In this document: positions 30,571-39,116 of the stretch, one piece after another | Layout of the letters: every line of letters starts with the position of its first letter | Position numbering within the stretch: the first letter of the stretch is position 1 | Origin: Thermomicrobiales bacterium | Lineage (GTDB): Bacteria > Chloroflexota > Chloroflexia > Thermomicrobiales > UBA6265 | Length of the DNA stretch: 64,000 bases | Reading direction: 5' to 3' | Assembly: GCA_050696075.1 (NCBI GenBank) | Contig: JBOGUF010000138.1 | Location: 13,684-77,683 of the forward strand | The notes under the pieces: generated by a model | Seen by the model: the letters and a program-made list of their open reading frames with translations, nothing else | Databases searched by the model: none | What the model was told of the DNA's origin: nothing | Made by a program: the position numbers and the translations under genes

Positions 30571-30677
30571 CTATTCCTCCACGTTGTAGCGGCGCTCGAC
30601 TCTGAGGGTCGGCGCCGTGGAACTATCACCTGGGTGAAAGCGTACACTTCTCGAAACCTCGCGGCGACCGCGAGGCG

Positions 30678-32048
30678 ATGCGCACTGGCTCCCGTGTGGT
30701 CCCTTGCAGGAGATTGACTTTGGACGAAAACCAGTTCTCGACGAAACCTGCCGCACGGACGGCTGACAATCGACCTGTGCGCGGCGTGCGTAGCACGGTG
30801 ACGGCGCTGGCGCTTGTGCTGGCGTTCGGCTTCGGCGTCGTCGTCGACCGCATTGCCTGGCAGGACGACTCGCGAGTGACCGCGTCCTCAAGTTTCACCG
30901 ATCTACAGGAGTTCCAGGTGTTGCAAGACACGTGGGACCTGATTCATAGCGAATACGTGGACACCAGCGCGATCGACAACCAGGCGCTGATCTATGGCGC
31001 CGCCAGCGGCATGGTCGAATCGCTGGGCGACACCGGCCACTCCGCTTTTTTTGACCCGGACGAGGCCGAAGTACTGGAACGGGTGCAGGAAGGCGAGTTC
31101 GTCGGCATCGGCGTGCAGATCGACTACACGACCGGTCGCCCTGTCATCGTCAGCGCGCTCGACGACTCGCCGGCGAAGGAAGCCGGTCTCCGTTCGGACG
31201 ACGTGCTGCTCGAGATCAACGGCGAGTCGACCGAGGGTATGACTCCGGAGCAGGTGGCCGATACCCTTCGTGGCGACGAAGGAACCGACGTGACACTGAC
31301 GCTACAGCACGCGGAGGAGGACCAGCGGTACACGGTGACGCTGACTCGGCGTGTGATCACGATCGAACCGGTGACGTGGGGGTTGCTGCCTGACAGGACG
31401 ACCCTCATCCGCATCAGCGAGTTTTCGGTCGGCGCGACCAAAGGCGTCGAGGAAGCGCTTGCCTTCGCGGCCGAGAACGAGGCACGGGCAATCGTGCTCG
31501 ATCTACGCGACAACCTAGGCGGGCTGGTCTTCGAGGCGGTCGGCGTGGCGAGCCAGTTCATGCCCGAGGGCAAGACGATCTACCAGTATCAGGACCGGGA
31601 CGACGAACCCCAGCCGGTCAAAACCTTGGGGCAGGGGTTGGGACGGGACTTGCCGATGATCGTGCTCATCAATGGTGGCTCGGCGTCCGCGGCGGAAATC
31701 ATTGCAGCCGCCCTGCGTGACAACGGGCGCGCCGAGTTGTACGGCGAGAAGACCTTTGGCACCGGCACGGTCTTGACGCCCTTTGAGCTCGACGACGGGT
31801 CGGTGGCGCTGCTGGGCACCGGTCTTTGGTTGACGCCGAACGGCGAACAAATCTGGCATATTGGCGTCGCGCCGGACTTCGAGGTCAGCCAACCTGCCGG
31901 CGCCGACGAGATACGTCCGAGCGATGATCCCCGGGTGACACGCGCCGAACTCGCCGCGAGCGAGGACGAGCAGATGCGGTACGCCCACGGAGCACTGATG
32001 CAAAGGCTGGCAGAGGAGACGACGTCGACCGGCACGGCATGGCGCTAG
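30678..32048 (+). CDS. S41 family C-terminal processing peptidase with PDZ domain
   Basis: PDZ region GIGVQIDYTTGRPVIVSALDDSPAKEAGL..., catalytic region LINGGSASAAEI, and an N-terminal TM segment. The start is uncertain. Confidence 0.85.
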   Translation: MRTGSRVVPCRRLTLDENQFSTKPAARTADNRPVRGVRSTVTALALVLAFGFGVVVDRIAWQDDSRVTASSSFTDLQEFQVLQDTWDLIHSEYVDTSAIDNQALIYGAASGMVESLGDTGHSAFFDPDEAEVLERVQEGEFVGIGVQIDYTTGRPVIVSALDDSPAKEAGLRSDDVLLEINGESTEGMTPEQVADTLRGDEGTDVTLTLQHAEEDQRYTVTLTRRVITIEPVTWGLLPDRTTLIRISEFSVGATKGVEEALAFAAENEARAIVLDLRDNLGGLVFEAVGVASQFMPEGKTIYQYQDRDDEPQPVKTLGQGLGRDLPMIVLINGGSASAAEIIAAALRDNGRAELYGEKTFGTGTVLTPFELDDGSVALLGTGLWLTPNGEQIWHIGVAPDFEVSQPAGADEIRPSDDPRVTRAELAASEDEQMRYAHGALMQRLAEETTSTGTAWR

Positions 32049-32162
32049 ACTTGCGTGCATGCGGCGGCCCCGAATGTGCGCTACGCTTTGGGGTCGTCGC
32101 TCGCGCGTTTCTTCGCGTCCACCACATGGTATGGTTTGCCGGGTTCACGACGTGGCGTGACA

Positions 32163-32193
32163 CTTCGATGCCTCAGCCCGTTCCCCCTGAGGC
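32163..32193. repeat. Short hairpin sharing a 15-nt block with the right end of the 26459-26601 element
   Basis: CTTCGATGCCTCAGC (32163-32177) is identical to 26582-26596. GCCTCAG (32170-32176) pairs with CTGAGGC (32187-32193). Confidence 0.5.
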
Positions 32194-32220
32194 CCGCGAC
32201 CTGGAGGCGTACAACCCCAC

Positions 32221-32646
32221 ATGATGTCGACGGAGAGCTGGCCCCAACCGGCCATCCGCCTATGGATCCTTGCGCAACGGTTCCAGAAGTTTGTCGTCGT
32301 CGGATCGGTCGGGCTCGCCGTCAACCAGGCGATGCTCTTCACGTTCCGGGATGGGGCTGACCTCTCCCTACACATCTCATCCCCCGTCGCCATCTTCATT
32401 TCGATGGTCGTCACGTTCCTGCTCAACGAGATCTGGACGTGGCACGACCGTGGCAGTGGACCAATTCTCCATCGCCTCGGCATGTATGTCCCGATTAACA
32501 CCGGTGGGTTGTTGATCAATTGGGGCGTGCTGACCCTGCTCGTCGAGCAGACGGGCCTGCACTATCTCTTAGCAAATCTGGTAGGCGCGGGAGTGGCCGC
32601 GGTTTGGAATTTCGCTCTGAACCACACGATTACGTGGCGCGCGTAA
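32221..32646 (+). CDS. GtrA family membrane protein
   Basis: FQKFVVVGSVGLAVNQAMLF..., four TM segments and a C-terminal NHTITWR, all typical of the GtrA-like family. Confidence 0.8.
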   Translation: MMSTESWPQPAIRLWILAQRFQKFVVVGSVGLAVNQAMLFTFRDGADLSLHISSPVAIFISMVVTFLLNEIWTWHDRGSGPILHRLGMYVPINTGGLLINWGVLTLLVEQTGLHYLLANLVGAGVAAVWNFALNHTITWRA

Positions 32647-32659
32647 CACCTGTTGACTA

Positions 32660-32677
32660 ATCCGGCCGCGGCCGGAT
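32660..32677 (+). terminator. Perfect palindrome after the gtrA-like gene
   Basis: ATCCGGCCGCGGCCGGAT, 14 nt after the stop. No U-tract. Confidence 0.3.
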
Positions 32678-32679
32678 CA

Positions 32680-32696
32680 GGGCATGGTTCCTGCAA
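32680..32696 (+). promoter_or_regulatory. Weak sigma-54-type -24/-12 candidate
   Basis: GGGCATGGTTCCTGCAA has GG (32681-82) and GC (32693-94) at the canonical GG-N10-GC spacing. Compare consensus TGGCAC-N5-TTGCW. It lies about 210 nt upstream of the ATG at 32906. Confidence 0.2.
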
Positions 32697-32905
32697 TCAG
32701 CGCACCTTACAGGCGTGGCCGTCGGCGGTGGCAGGAGAGCCGTGCCAGTGGTATACAGTAGCGCGTTGCGCGCCGACTGATCCGGCGCGCCATCGTGTTT
32801 GAGCGTCCTGACGAGCGATCTTGCGCGCCTATTCCGCGGTTGAGGTTATTCACGCCGTTCCAGAGCTTTGCGGCGTTCGCCGCTCTGAGGAAGGACCGTC
32901 ATTCG

Positions 32906-34399
32906 ATGCTCATCCCCTCCAATGGCCATAGTCGCCCTGTTTCGCCCGATAAGTTGACGCTGGTGATGGGCGCCGGCCCGGCCGGTCTCTGCTCGGCTTA
33001 TGTCCTGAGTAAGGCGAGCAGTCCGGCGGTCGTCGTGGAGAAAGCCCCGTTTGTCGGTGGCTTGGCGCGGACCATCCGCCGCCAGACCGAGTACGGCGAG
33101 TTCAAGTTCGACATCGGCGGTCATCGCTGGTTCACCAAGAACGACGAACTCAACGAGGTATTTCGGGAAGTCGTCGCGGACGAACTGCTCTGGGTGAATC
33201 GCATCAGCCGGATCTACTTCGACGGCAAGTACGTCGACTACCCGCTCAAGATTTCGAACGCGCTCAAGGCGATTGGACCGGTCGTTGCCGGGAAGGCGAT
33301 GGCGGACTATGGCCGCACCCGGGCGCAACGTAAGGTCCGGCCGCAAGAGATCGTGTCGATGGAGGACGCCTACGTCGACCAATACGGACCAACTCTTTAC
33401 AAGCTCTTTTTTCAACGCTATTCCGAGAAGGTGTGGGGCCTGCCCTGCGACCAGATGAGCGGTGACTGGGTTGCACAGCGGACGAAGGGGATGTCGCTGT
33501 GGACCGCGGTGAAGGATGCGATTGTTCCCACCAAGGGCAAAGTCGTGAGCCTGATCGATGAGTTCATGTATCCACGGAATGGCTTCGGAAGGTTCTCAGA
33601 GCGGATGGCCGACGCCATCGAACGCGCGGGCAACGAGATTCGCCTCGGCGTCGGCGTCGATAAGGTCCACCGAGAGGGGAACCGGATCACCTCGGTCACT
33701 GTCTCGACCGAGCACGGTAGCGAGCGGATCGAGGCGGCGAACTTCATCTCCTCGATCCCGATGACGATTCTGGCCAAGATCATGGATCCGGCGGCCCCGG
33801 CCGACGTGCTCAAGGCGGCAGACAGCCTCATTTTCCGCGACATCATCACCGTCAATCTCATGCTCAAAAAGCAGCAGGTGACGCACGACACCTGGCTCTA
33901 CGTCCACGACCGGAACATCCTCTTCGGGCGGTTCCACGAGCCGAAGAATTGGAGCCCGGCAATGGTGCCAAGCGACGACTACACCTCGCTCGTGGTCGAG
34001 TATTTCTGCTCGATCGGCGACGATGTCTGGAGCATGACGGAAGAGCAGCTCGTCGAGCAGACGGTGAAGCACTTGGTCGAAGACATGGGCTTCATCAGCC
34101 GCGACGAGGTGATCGGCGGATTCGCCGTTCGCGCGCCGAAGGCGTACCCGTCTTACGTGGTGGGGTATGAGGAGCCGCTGACCAAGATCAAGGACTTCAT
34201 CCACGGGTTCGAGAACTTGCAGTATATCGGGCGCGGCGGGTCATTCCGGTACAACAACACGGACCATTCCATTGAGACCGGCATGCTGGCGGCGAAAAAC
34301 ATTCTCGGTGAGCATCACGATCTCGAACAGGTCAACGCCGAAGAGGAATACCACGAGATCAAGCGGGTTCGGGAAACCGCCGGGACGGCACACGGTTAA
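32906..34399 (+). CDS. NAD(P)/FAD-dependent oxidoreductase (amine-oxidase/UDP-galactopyranose-mutase-like fold)
   Basis: Dinucleotide-binding motif LVMGAGPAGL...VVVEK..VGG, FDIGGHRWF, and C-terminal GRGGSFRYNNTDHSIETG. Confidence 0.8.
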   Translation: MLIPSNGHSRPVSPDKLTLVMGAGPAGLCSAYVLSKASSPAVVVEKAPFVGGLARTIRRQTEYGEFKFDIGGHRWFTKNDELNEVFREVVADELLWVNRISRIYFDGKYVDYPLKISNALKAIGPVVAGKAMADYGRTRAQRKVRPQEIVSMEDAYVDQYGPTLYKLFFQRYSEKVWGLPCDQMSGDWVAQRTKGMSLWTAVKDAIVPTKGKVVSLIDEFMYPRNGFGRFSERMADAIERAGNEIRLGVGVDKVHREGNRITSVTVSTEHGSERIEAANFISSIPMTILAKIMDPAAPADVLKAADSLIFRDIITVNLMLKKQQVTHDTWLYVHDRNILFGRFHEPKNWSPAMVPSDDYTSLVVEYFCSIGDDVWSMTEEQLVEQTVKHLVEDMGFISRDEVIGGFAVRAPKAYPSYVVGYEEPLTKIKDFIHGFENLQYIGRGGSFRYNNTDHSIETGMLAAKNILGEHHDLEQVNAEEEYHEIKRVRETAGTAHG

Positions 34400-34470
34400 T
34401 GGCTGACCGGTGAGACGTTGAGGCGGATGGCAATCCCGCGCATCCCGCGCGGATTGGGGCCGACGAGTTG

Positions 34471-34914
34471 ATGGATCGCGACACTCGGCCACTCGACGAG
34501 GGCAAAGCGCGCGACAGGGACTTCGGTGAGCCAGGAGTTGTCAACAATGAGTCCCCTGGCGCCGGTGATGCCTTGACGCTCGGAACGCCGACGATCGCGG
34601 TCTGGTTGGCGGTTGTGGTGGCGTTGGTCGGCTTTTTCTTGCTTGGGCGGGTGACGGTTCATCCCGACGGTTTCGAGCGCGAGATGCGCGTCGCCGACGT
34701 CTGGACGGAGATGACCGACGAGCTGCCCGGTGTCACCCGGCAGATCGTCATCGAGGTTGTCTATTTCCTGGCCATCGCGGTCACCCTCGCTGGCTCGTTC
34801 GTTGCCATCTTGATTGCGCTTGCGGCGCGCGCCCCAGATGCGGGCGTCACGCATGACCCAACAGTCAACCATGACGGCAAGGCGACGCTCGACGCACCGG
34901 AACGTGGCGGTTGA
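34471..34914 (+). CDS. Small membrane protein, two predicted TM helices
   Basis: Hydrophobic segments IAVWLAVVVALVGFFLL and VVYFLAIAVTLAGSFVAILIAL. Its stop overlaps the next ATG (TGATG). No family recognised. Confidence 0.5.
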   Translation: MDRDTRPLDEGKARDRDFGEPGVVNNESPGAGDALTLGTPTIAVWLAVVVALVGFFLLGRVTVHPDGFEREMRVADVWTEMTDELPGVTRQIVIEVVYFLAIAVTLAGSFVAILIALAARAPDAGVTHDPTVNHDGKATLDAPERGG

Positions 34915-36968
34915 TGACGAGGTTCGTTTCGGCGAACGCGACGTCGTCCGGCCGGAACAGTGCGCGCCGGCTCGTTCTTGGCTGGTGGGTGGGCACCTTC
35001 GTCGCCCTCGTCCTCTGGGTCGCGTATCGTCTTGATCTCTTCGACGTCTGGACTTGGGTGACCGCATCTGACGGGGCGCGAACCCGACTGCCGGATACCT
35101 ACGCGACGGTCGATCATCCCTTCCATGCCGCGCGGGCCGAAACGCTTCGCCAATCGCTGGCCGACGGCGAGTGGCTACGCTGGATCGGCCATCATCAAGG
35201 TGGATTTCCGGTCGAGTTTTACCCGCTTGGCGTGGCGTGGTTCGAGGTTGCCTTGTGGGCGGGGTTCCTCGGTCTGCTCCCGATGGCGTACGTCCACAAG
35301 GTCGCCGTCGCGGTCATTTTTCTCTTACCGATGCTCGGCTACCTGCTCCTCGCGCGCCGAGATCGTCTCTCGCCGGGCATCGCGCTGGCCGCGTCCGCCG
35401 CGCACGTCTGCGTCAACGGCTGGTGGTGGTCAGGTGGCTTTCATGAGTTGGTGAGTTGGGGACTGATCACGAACGTCGCCGGCCACGTGCTGCCGCTCTT
35501 TGCACTTACCGGCCTGGTTTCATATCTCCATAGCGGCAGCCGTGCCAATGGGGCGTTGGCGATTACCGCGGCGGCGGGCGCGATCTATAGCAATCCACGT
35601 AGTGTTGTGCCGGTGGCGGTGGTTGGGATAGCGGCTCTGATCACGGTGGCAGCCGACCATTCGTCTACACGACCCGTTCTGGGCAGGCTGCTGGGACGGC
35701 TGGCGTTGGTGGGTGGTGCGGCGGGATTGCTGGCAGCACCGGAGCTGATCGCGCTCATTCGCTTCGACGATCTCTATTACTTCGTCCACTATCAACGGTA
35801 CGAGAACGTCTCGGCGTTGCTCGACTCGTCGATCCAGGCCGTTTCGGGGCCAATCTTCGTCGCGGGCGTCGTGGGACTCGTCCTGGGGTTTGCGCTCCCT
35901 GGACGCGTTCAGACGCGGGCGGTCGCGATCTCGTTGCTGATCTACGCCTCGTTGACAGCGATCCTGGCGACCAGGTCGGTGTTCGAAGGGACGGTCGAGC
36001 AGCTTGAACTGACGCGCCTGATGCCGTTCCAGCGACTATTGACGATCTACTTGGCGGCTATCGCCGTCCATGATGCACTGGGGTGGGCGGGCCGGCGTTT
36101 TGTCCAACACCGACACGCTATCGTCGACGTCGGCCTCGTCGCCATTGCTGGACTCGTCGTGCTGCTCTACGTCGTCACGCCGCCAACCTTCATACCGGAC
36201 GGTGACCGGGGACTCTATTCGATTCCGTCGGCCGCTCAACCAGAAATCGCCGAGCTGGAGGAGGCAGTGCGGGCGGCGGATCGCGAAGCTGAGGCAGGCG
36301 CCGCCGTCCTGGTCCTCGGCACGACCATCTCCTGGCACGATCAGCTTTGGGCGCCGCTCTGGAGCGACCGGCCGTTCTTCTACGACGACTGGCTCTGGTA
36401 TTGGCAGACCGCGCACTACGGCGACTACGACCCGCTGGTCGAACATGCCTACCCAAATGACGCCTCGACGCTTGATGCCGAGTATTTGCGCCGCCATGGC
36501 ATCGGCGCCGTCGTTGTCACGGGAGCGGCGAAGGCCGATGCCGCCGCGTCGCCCTTCCTTCGTCATCGTCGCTCGGGAGTCTACGACGTCTACGTTGTGC
36601 AGCAGCCGACGACCGTGGTGACCTTCGGTGATGACAATGCGGTCAGTTCAGCGGTCATGGGGCAACGGGTCACGGCAACCGGTGTGGGTGATGGAGGCAC
36701 GGCACTCGTGCGCCGAAATTGGTTTCCACGATGGCAAGCGACGGTGAATGGCGAGCCGGCGGCGATCACGCGGACGGATGACGGGTACATGACCGTGCCG
36801 GTGCCGAGCGGGGATGCTCAGGTCGAGCTTACCTACGCTCTCGACGGATGGGACTGGATCGCGCGCGGATTGGTCGTTCTTGGTCTCGGCGTTGTGCTCT
36901 ATCTGCTCGTGCCGGAACGGCTCACCCAACGCATTTCGATAGTACGGGATCATCCCGCGCCGGCATGA
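34914..36968 (+). CDS. Large polytopic membrane protein, possible GT-C-type glycosyltransferase
   Basis: About 12 or more hydrophobic segments in the first ~430 aa, then a ~250-aa soluble C-terminal domain. Translationally coupled to the upstream gene. The family assignment is not secure. Confidence 0.6.
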   Translation: MTRFVSANATSSGRNSARRLVLGWWVGTFVALVLWVAYRLDLFDVWTWVTASDGARTRLPDTYATVDHPFHAARAETLRQSLADGEWLRWIGHHQGGFPVEFYPLGVAWFEVALWAGFLGLLPMAYVHKVAVAVIFLLPMLGYLLLARRDRLSPGIALAASAAHVCVNGWWWSGGFHELVSWGLITNVAGHVLPLFALTGLVSYLHSGSRANGALAITAAAGAIYSNPRSVVPVAVVGIAALITVAADHSSTRPVLGRLLGRLALVGGAAGLLAAPELIALIRFDDLYYFVHYQRYENVSALLDSSIQAVSGPIFVAGVVGLVLGFALPGRVQTRAVAISLLIYASLTAILATRSVFEGTVEQLELTRLMPFQRLLTIYLAAIAVHDALGWAGRRFVQHRHAIVDVGLVAIAGLVVLLYVVTPPTFIPDGDRGLYSIPSAAQPEIAELEEAVRAADREAEAGAAVLVLGTTISWHDQLWAPLWSDRPFFYDDWLWYWQTAHYGDYDPLVEHAYPNDASTLDAEYLRRHGIGAVVVTGAAKADAAASPFLRHRRSGVYDVYVVQQPTTVVTFGDDNAVSSAVMGQRVTATGVGDGGTALVRRNWFPRWQATVNGEPAAITRTDDGYMTVPVPSGDAQVELTYALDGWDWIARGLVVLGLGVVLYLLVPERLTQRISIVRDHPAPA

Positions 36969-36977
36969 CGGCGAGTC

Positions 36978-38627
36978 TCAGACCCAGGGCTCGATCGGGA
37001 CGTCGATGATCGTCGGTACGTCGCGGTGGAGGGCTCGCGCGATGGCTTCTTCCATCGCCTCGGGGCTGCCCGCGCGCTCCGCCGGGATGCCGTAGGCGCG
37101 GGCAAGCTCGACATAATCTGGATTGACGAGATCGACTGCCATGGCGCGGCCGCCGCGCTCGCGGACTTGCGCCTCTTTCACAGCGGAGTAGGCGGAGTCG
37201 TTGAAGATGACGATCGGGATGCCCAATCTGAACTGGATGGCCGTCGCCAGCTCGGCCATCGTGAACTGGAAACCGCCGTCGCCGACGATGCAGGCGACCG
37301 CCGTTTCGGGGCGCGCCACCTTCGCGCCGATGGCGACGGGTAAGGAGAAGCCGAGCGTGCCGAAGCCGGACGGGAACATGAACGTCCGAGGTTCGTAGAC
37401 CGGAAAGAGTCCACAGGCGACGTAGCTCATCATCGTCATATCAAAGGCCGCGATCCCGTCGCGGGGAAGCGCGCGGCGGAGTGCGTCCACGTAGTGTCGC
37501 CGGTCCGCGCCAAAGGCGTCGGCTTGTGCGCTTTGCCGGACCTCGGCGATGGTTTCGATGCTGGAGCCGGAACGACGCACGTTGTCGCCCGCGAGTAGCG
37601 ATGCGATTCCTTCGATGGCTAGCGCGGCATCGCCGAGAATGCCGAGCGTCGGGCGCGCATTGAGCGTCAACTCGCGCGGATCGACGTCGATTCGGATCAT
37701 CTCGCGCGGGAAGCGCATCTGGAAGTCGGAGGTCGCCTGCGCGCCCAACTTCGAACCGATCACCAACAGGCAGTTTGCCTCCTGCATGAGACAATCGACG
37801 CTATTTCCGGGGCTCCAGAGGTTGCCGAGGACGAGCGGATGGTCTTCCGGCACGGACCCCTTGCCCATGATCGAGGTGACGACTGGCGCCCCTAGGCGTT
37901 CGGCCAGCGCCAAGACGTGCGCGCCGGCGGCTGCTTGGACCGCGCCGCCACCGCAATAAATCACCGTCCTGGTTGACTCACTGAGCCGGTCGGCCGCTTG
38001 TCGCAGCAGAACAGGATCGGGCAAGACGCGGCGGTCACGGGCGGGTTCAGGGATGTGAATCTCGATGGCGGGCTCGTCAAGGACGTCGACGGGGATTTCG
38101 ACGTGGACGGGCATGGGGCGGCCGGTGGTCAACCGGGCGAAGCCGTAGGAGACCGCGCCCGGCACGTCGTCGGCGCGGTCGATCCGCGTGTTCCATTGGG
38201 TGACCGCGCGCATGACGGCGAGTTGGTCTTTGAGGTCGTGCAGGCTGCCGCGCATGCCGTCGACCCAGGGCCGGTGGACGTTGGACGAGAGTACGAAGAT
38301 AGGCGATGAGTCGGTGTAGGCCTCGCCCACCGCGGTTGCGACGTTGGTCACGCCGGGGCCGGTGATGACGAGGGCGACACCTGGCCGCCCCGAAGCCCGC
38401 GCGTACCCGTCGGCCATGAAACCGGCGCCCTGTTCGTGTCGTGCCAGGACGTGGCGGATACGAGAGCGTCCGAGCGCGTCGTAGAGGGCGAGCGTGTGGA
38501 CGCCGGGGATGCCGAAGACGATCTCGACGCCGTTCGCTTCCAGCGTGGCGATGGCCAACTCGGCGCCGGATGCCGTGCCGCGCTCGGCGATGGCGTCGAT
38601 CAGGCTCGATGTGTAGGTTGCGACCAT
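36978..38627 (-). CDS. Thiamine pyrophosphate-binding enzyme (acetolactate synthase large-subunit-like)
   Basis: TPP motif GDGGFQFTMAELATA...NDSAY, N-terminal GVEIVFGIPG, and a three-domain length. Confidence 0.85.
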   Translation of the reverse strand: MVATYTSSLIDAIAERGTASGAELAIATLEANGVEIVFGIPGVHTLALYDALGRSRIRHVLARHEQGAGFMADGYARASGRPGVALVITGPGVTNVATAVGEAYTDSSPIFVLSSNVHRPWVDGMRGSLHDLKDQLAVMRAVTQWNTRIDRADDVPGAVSYGFARLTTGRPMPVHVEIPVDVLDEPAIEIHIPEPARDRRVLPDPVLLRQAADRLSESTRTVIYCGGGAVQAAAGAHVLALAERLGAPVVTSIMGKGSVPEDHPLVLGNLWSPGNSVDCLMQEANCLLVIGSKLGAQATSDFQMRFPREMIRIDVDPRELTLNARPTLGILGDAALAIEGIASLLAGDNVRRSGSSIETIAEVRQSAQADAFGADRRHYVDALRRALPRDGIAAFDMTMMSYVACGLFPVYEPRTFMFPSGFGTLGFSLPVAIGAKVARPETAVACIVGDGGFQFTMAELATAIQFRLGIPIVIFNDSAYSAVKEAQVRERGGRAMAVDLVNPDYVELARAYGIPAERAGSPEAMEEAIARALHRDVPTIIDVPIEPWV

Positions 38628-38695
38628 TCGTCGGCTCCTCTACGACCCGCAATGCCGCCGCGGCAACGCGTTGCCGCGGCGTGAATTTATTTCGT

Positions 38696-39076
38696 TCACC
38701 GATCCGATTGTGGCGCTGGCGCATCGGCGCCGATTTCATCCGTGGGATTCGAGATTGATTCTCCCACAAATTCGTTCGCTTCGAGCCAGGCGCGTCCTCG
38801 CGCGGAGAGTTGCCAGAGTGAACGGCCGCGCGCTCCCTTTCCAAAAAAGGGTCCGATCAGTCCGCGAACCCGTGCACTCGTGAAGACGGCGTCGGCAAAC
38901 GCGGGTTGCCATCCGAGCGACTCTGCTTCCGTCGCAAAGGCTGTTTGGGAGAAGCCCCGCGACTCGGCCTCCGCCCACGTCAGCACTTGCCGCAAGTACG
39001 GGTCGAGCGGCGACGGCGCGGATTGCTTGGCCGCGTCGGTTCGCGGTAACCGTGTTCGTTGTGACGTTTCGCCCAT
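38696..39076 (-). CDS. Hypothetical small protein, winged-helix-like C-terminal half
   Basis: 126 aa from the ATG at 39076, with protein-like composition (DPYLRQVLTWAEAESRGFSQTAF..., GRSLWQLSARGRAWLE). The opposite-strand reading of the same DNA (N-terminus of ORF 38742..40400) is Ser/Arg/Cys-rich and looks non-coding. Confidence 0.55.
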   Translation of the reverse strand: MGETSQRTRLPRTDAAKQSAPSPLDPYLRQVLTWAEAESRGFSQTAFATEAESLGWQPAFADAVFTSARVRGLIGPFFGKGARGRSLWQLSARGRAWLEANEFVGESISNPTDEIGADAPAPQSDR

Positions 39077-39116
39077 GCGGCCAATGGTAGCACCGTGGAG
39101 CAGGGGACGGACTGGT

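Noticed and set aside
34396-35067. 223-aa minus-strand ORF overlapping the small membrane protein gene and the start of the large membrane protein gene.
   Set aside because: It is an Arg/Asp-rich shadow ORF. The plus-strand genes show hydrophobic TM periodicity and translational coupling.
38742-39116. N-terminal 125 codons of ORF 38742..40400, which would make the nuclease-signature protein 552 aa.
   Set aside because: The translation (…SSQARPRAESCQSERPRAPFPKK…CRKYGSSGDGADC…) is compositionally non-protein-like, whereas the opposite strand gives a plausible 126-aa protein. An ATG with a G-rich RBS-like stretch at 39117 fits better.
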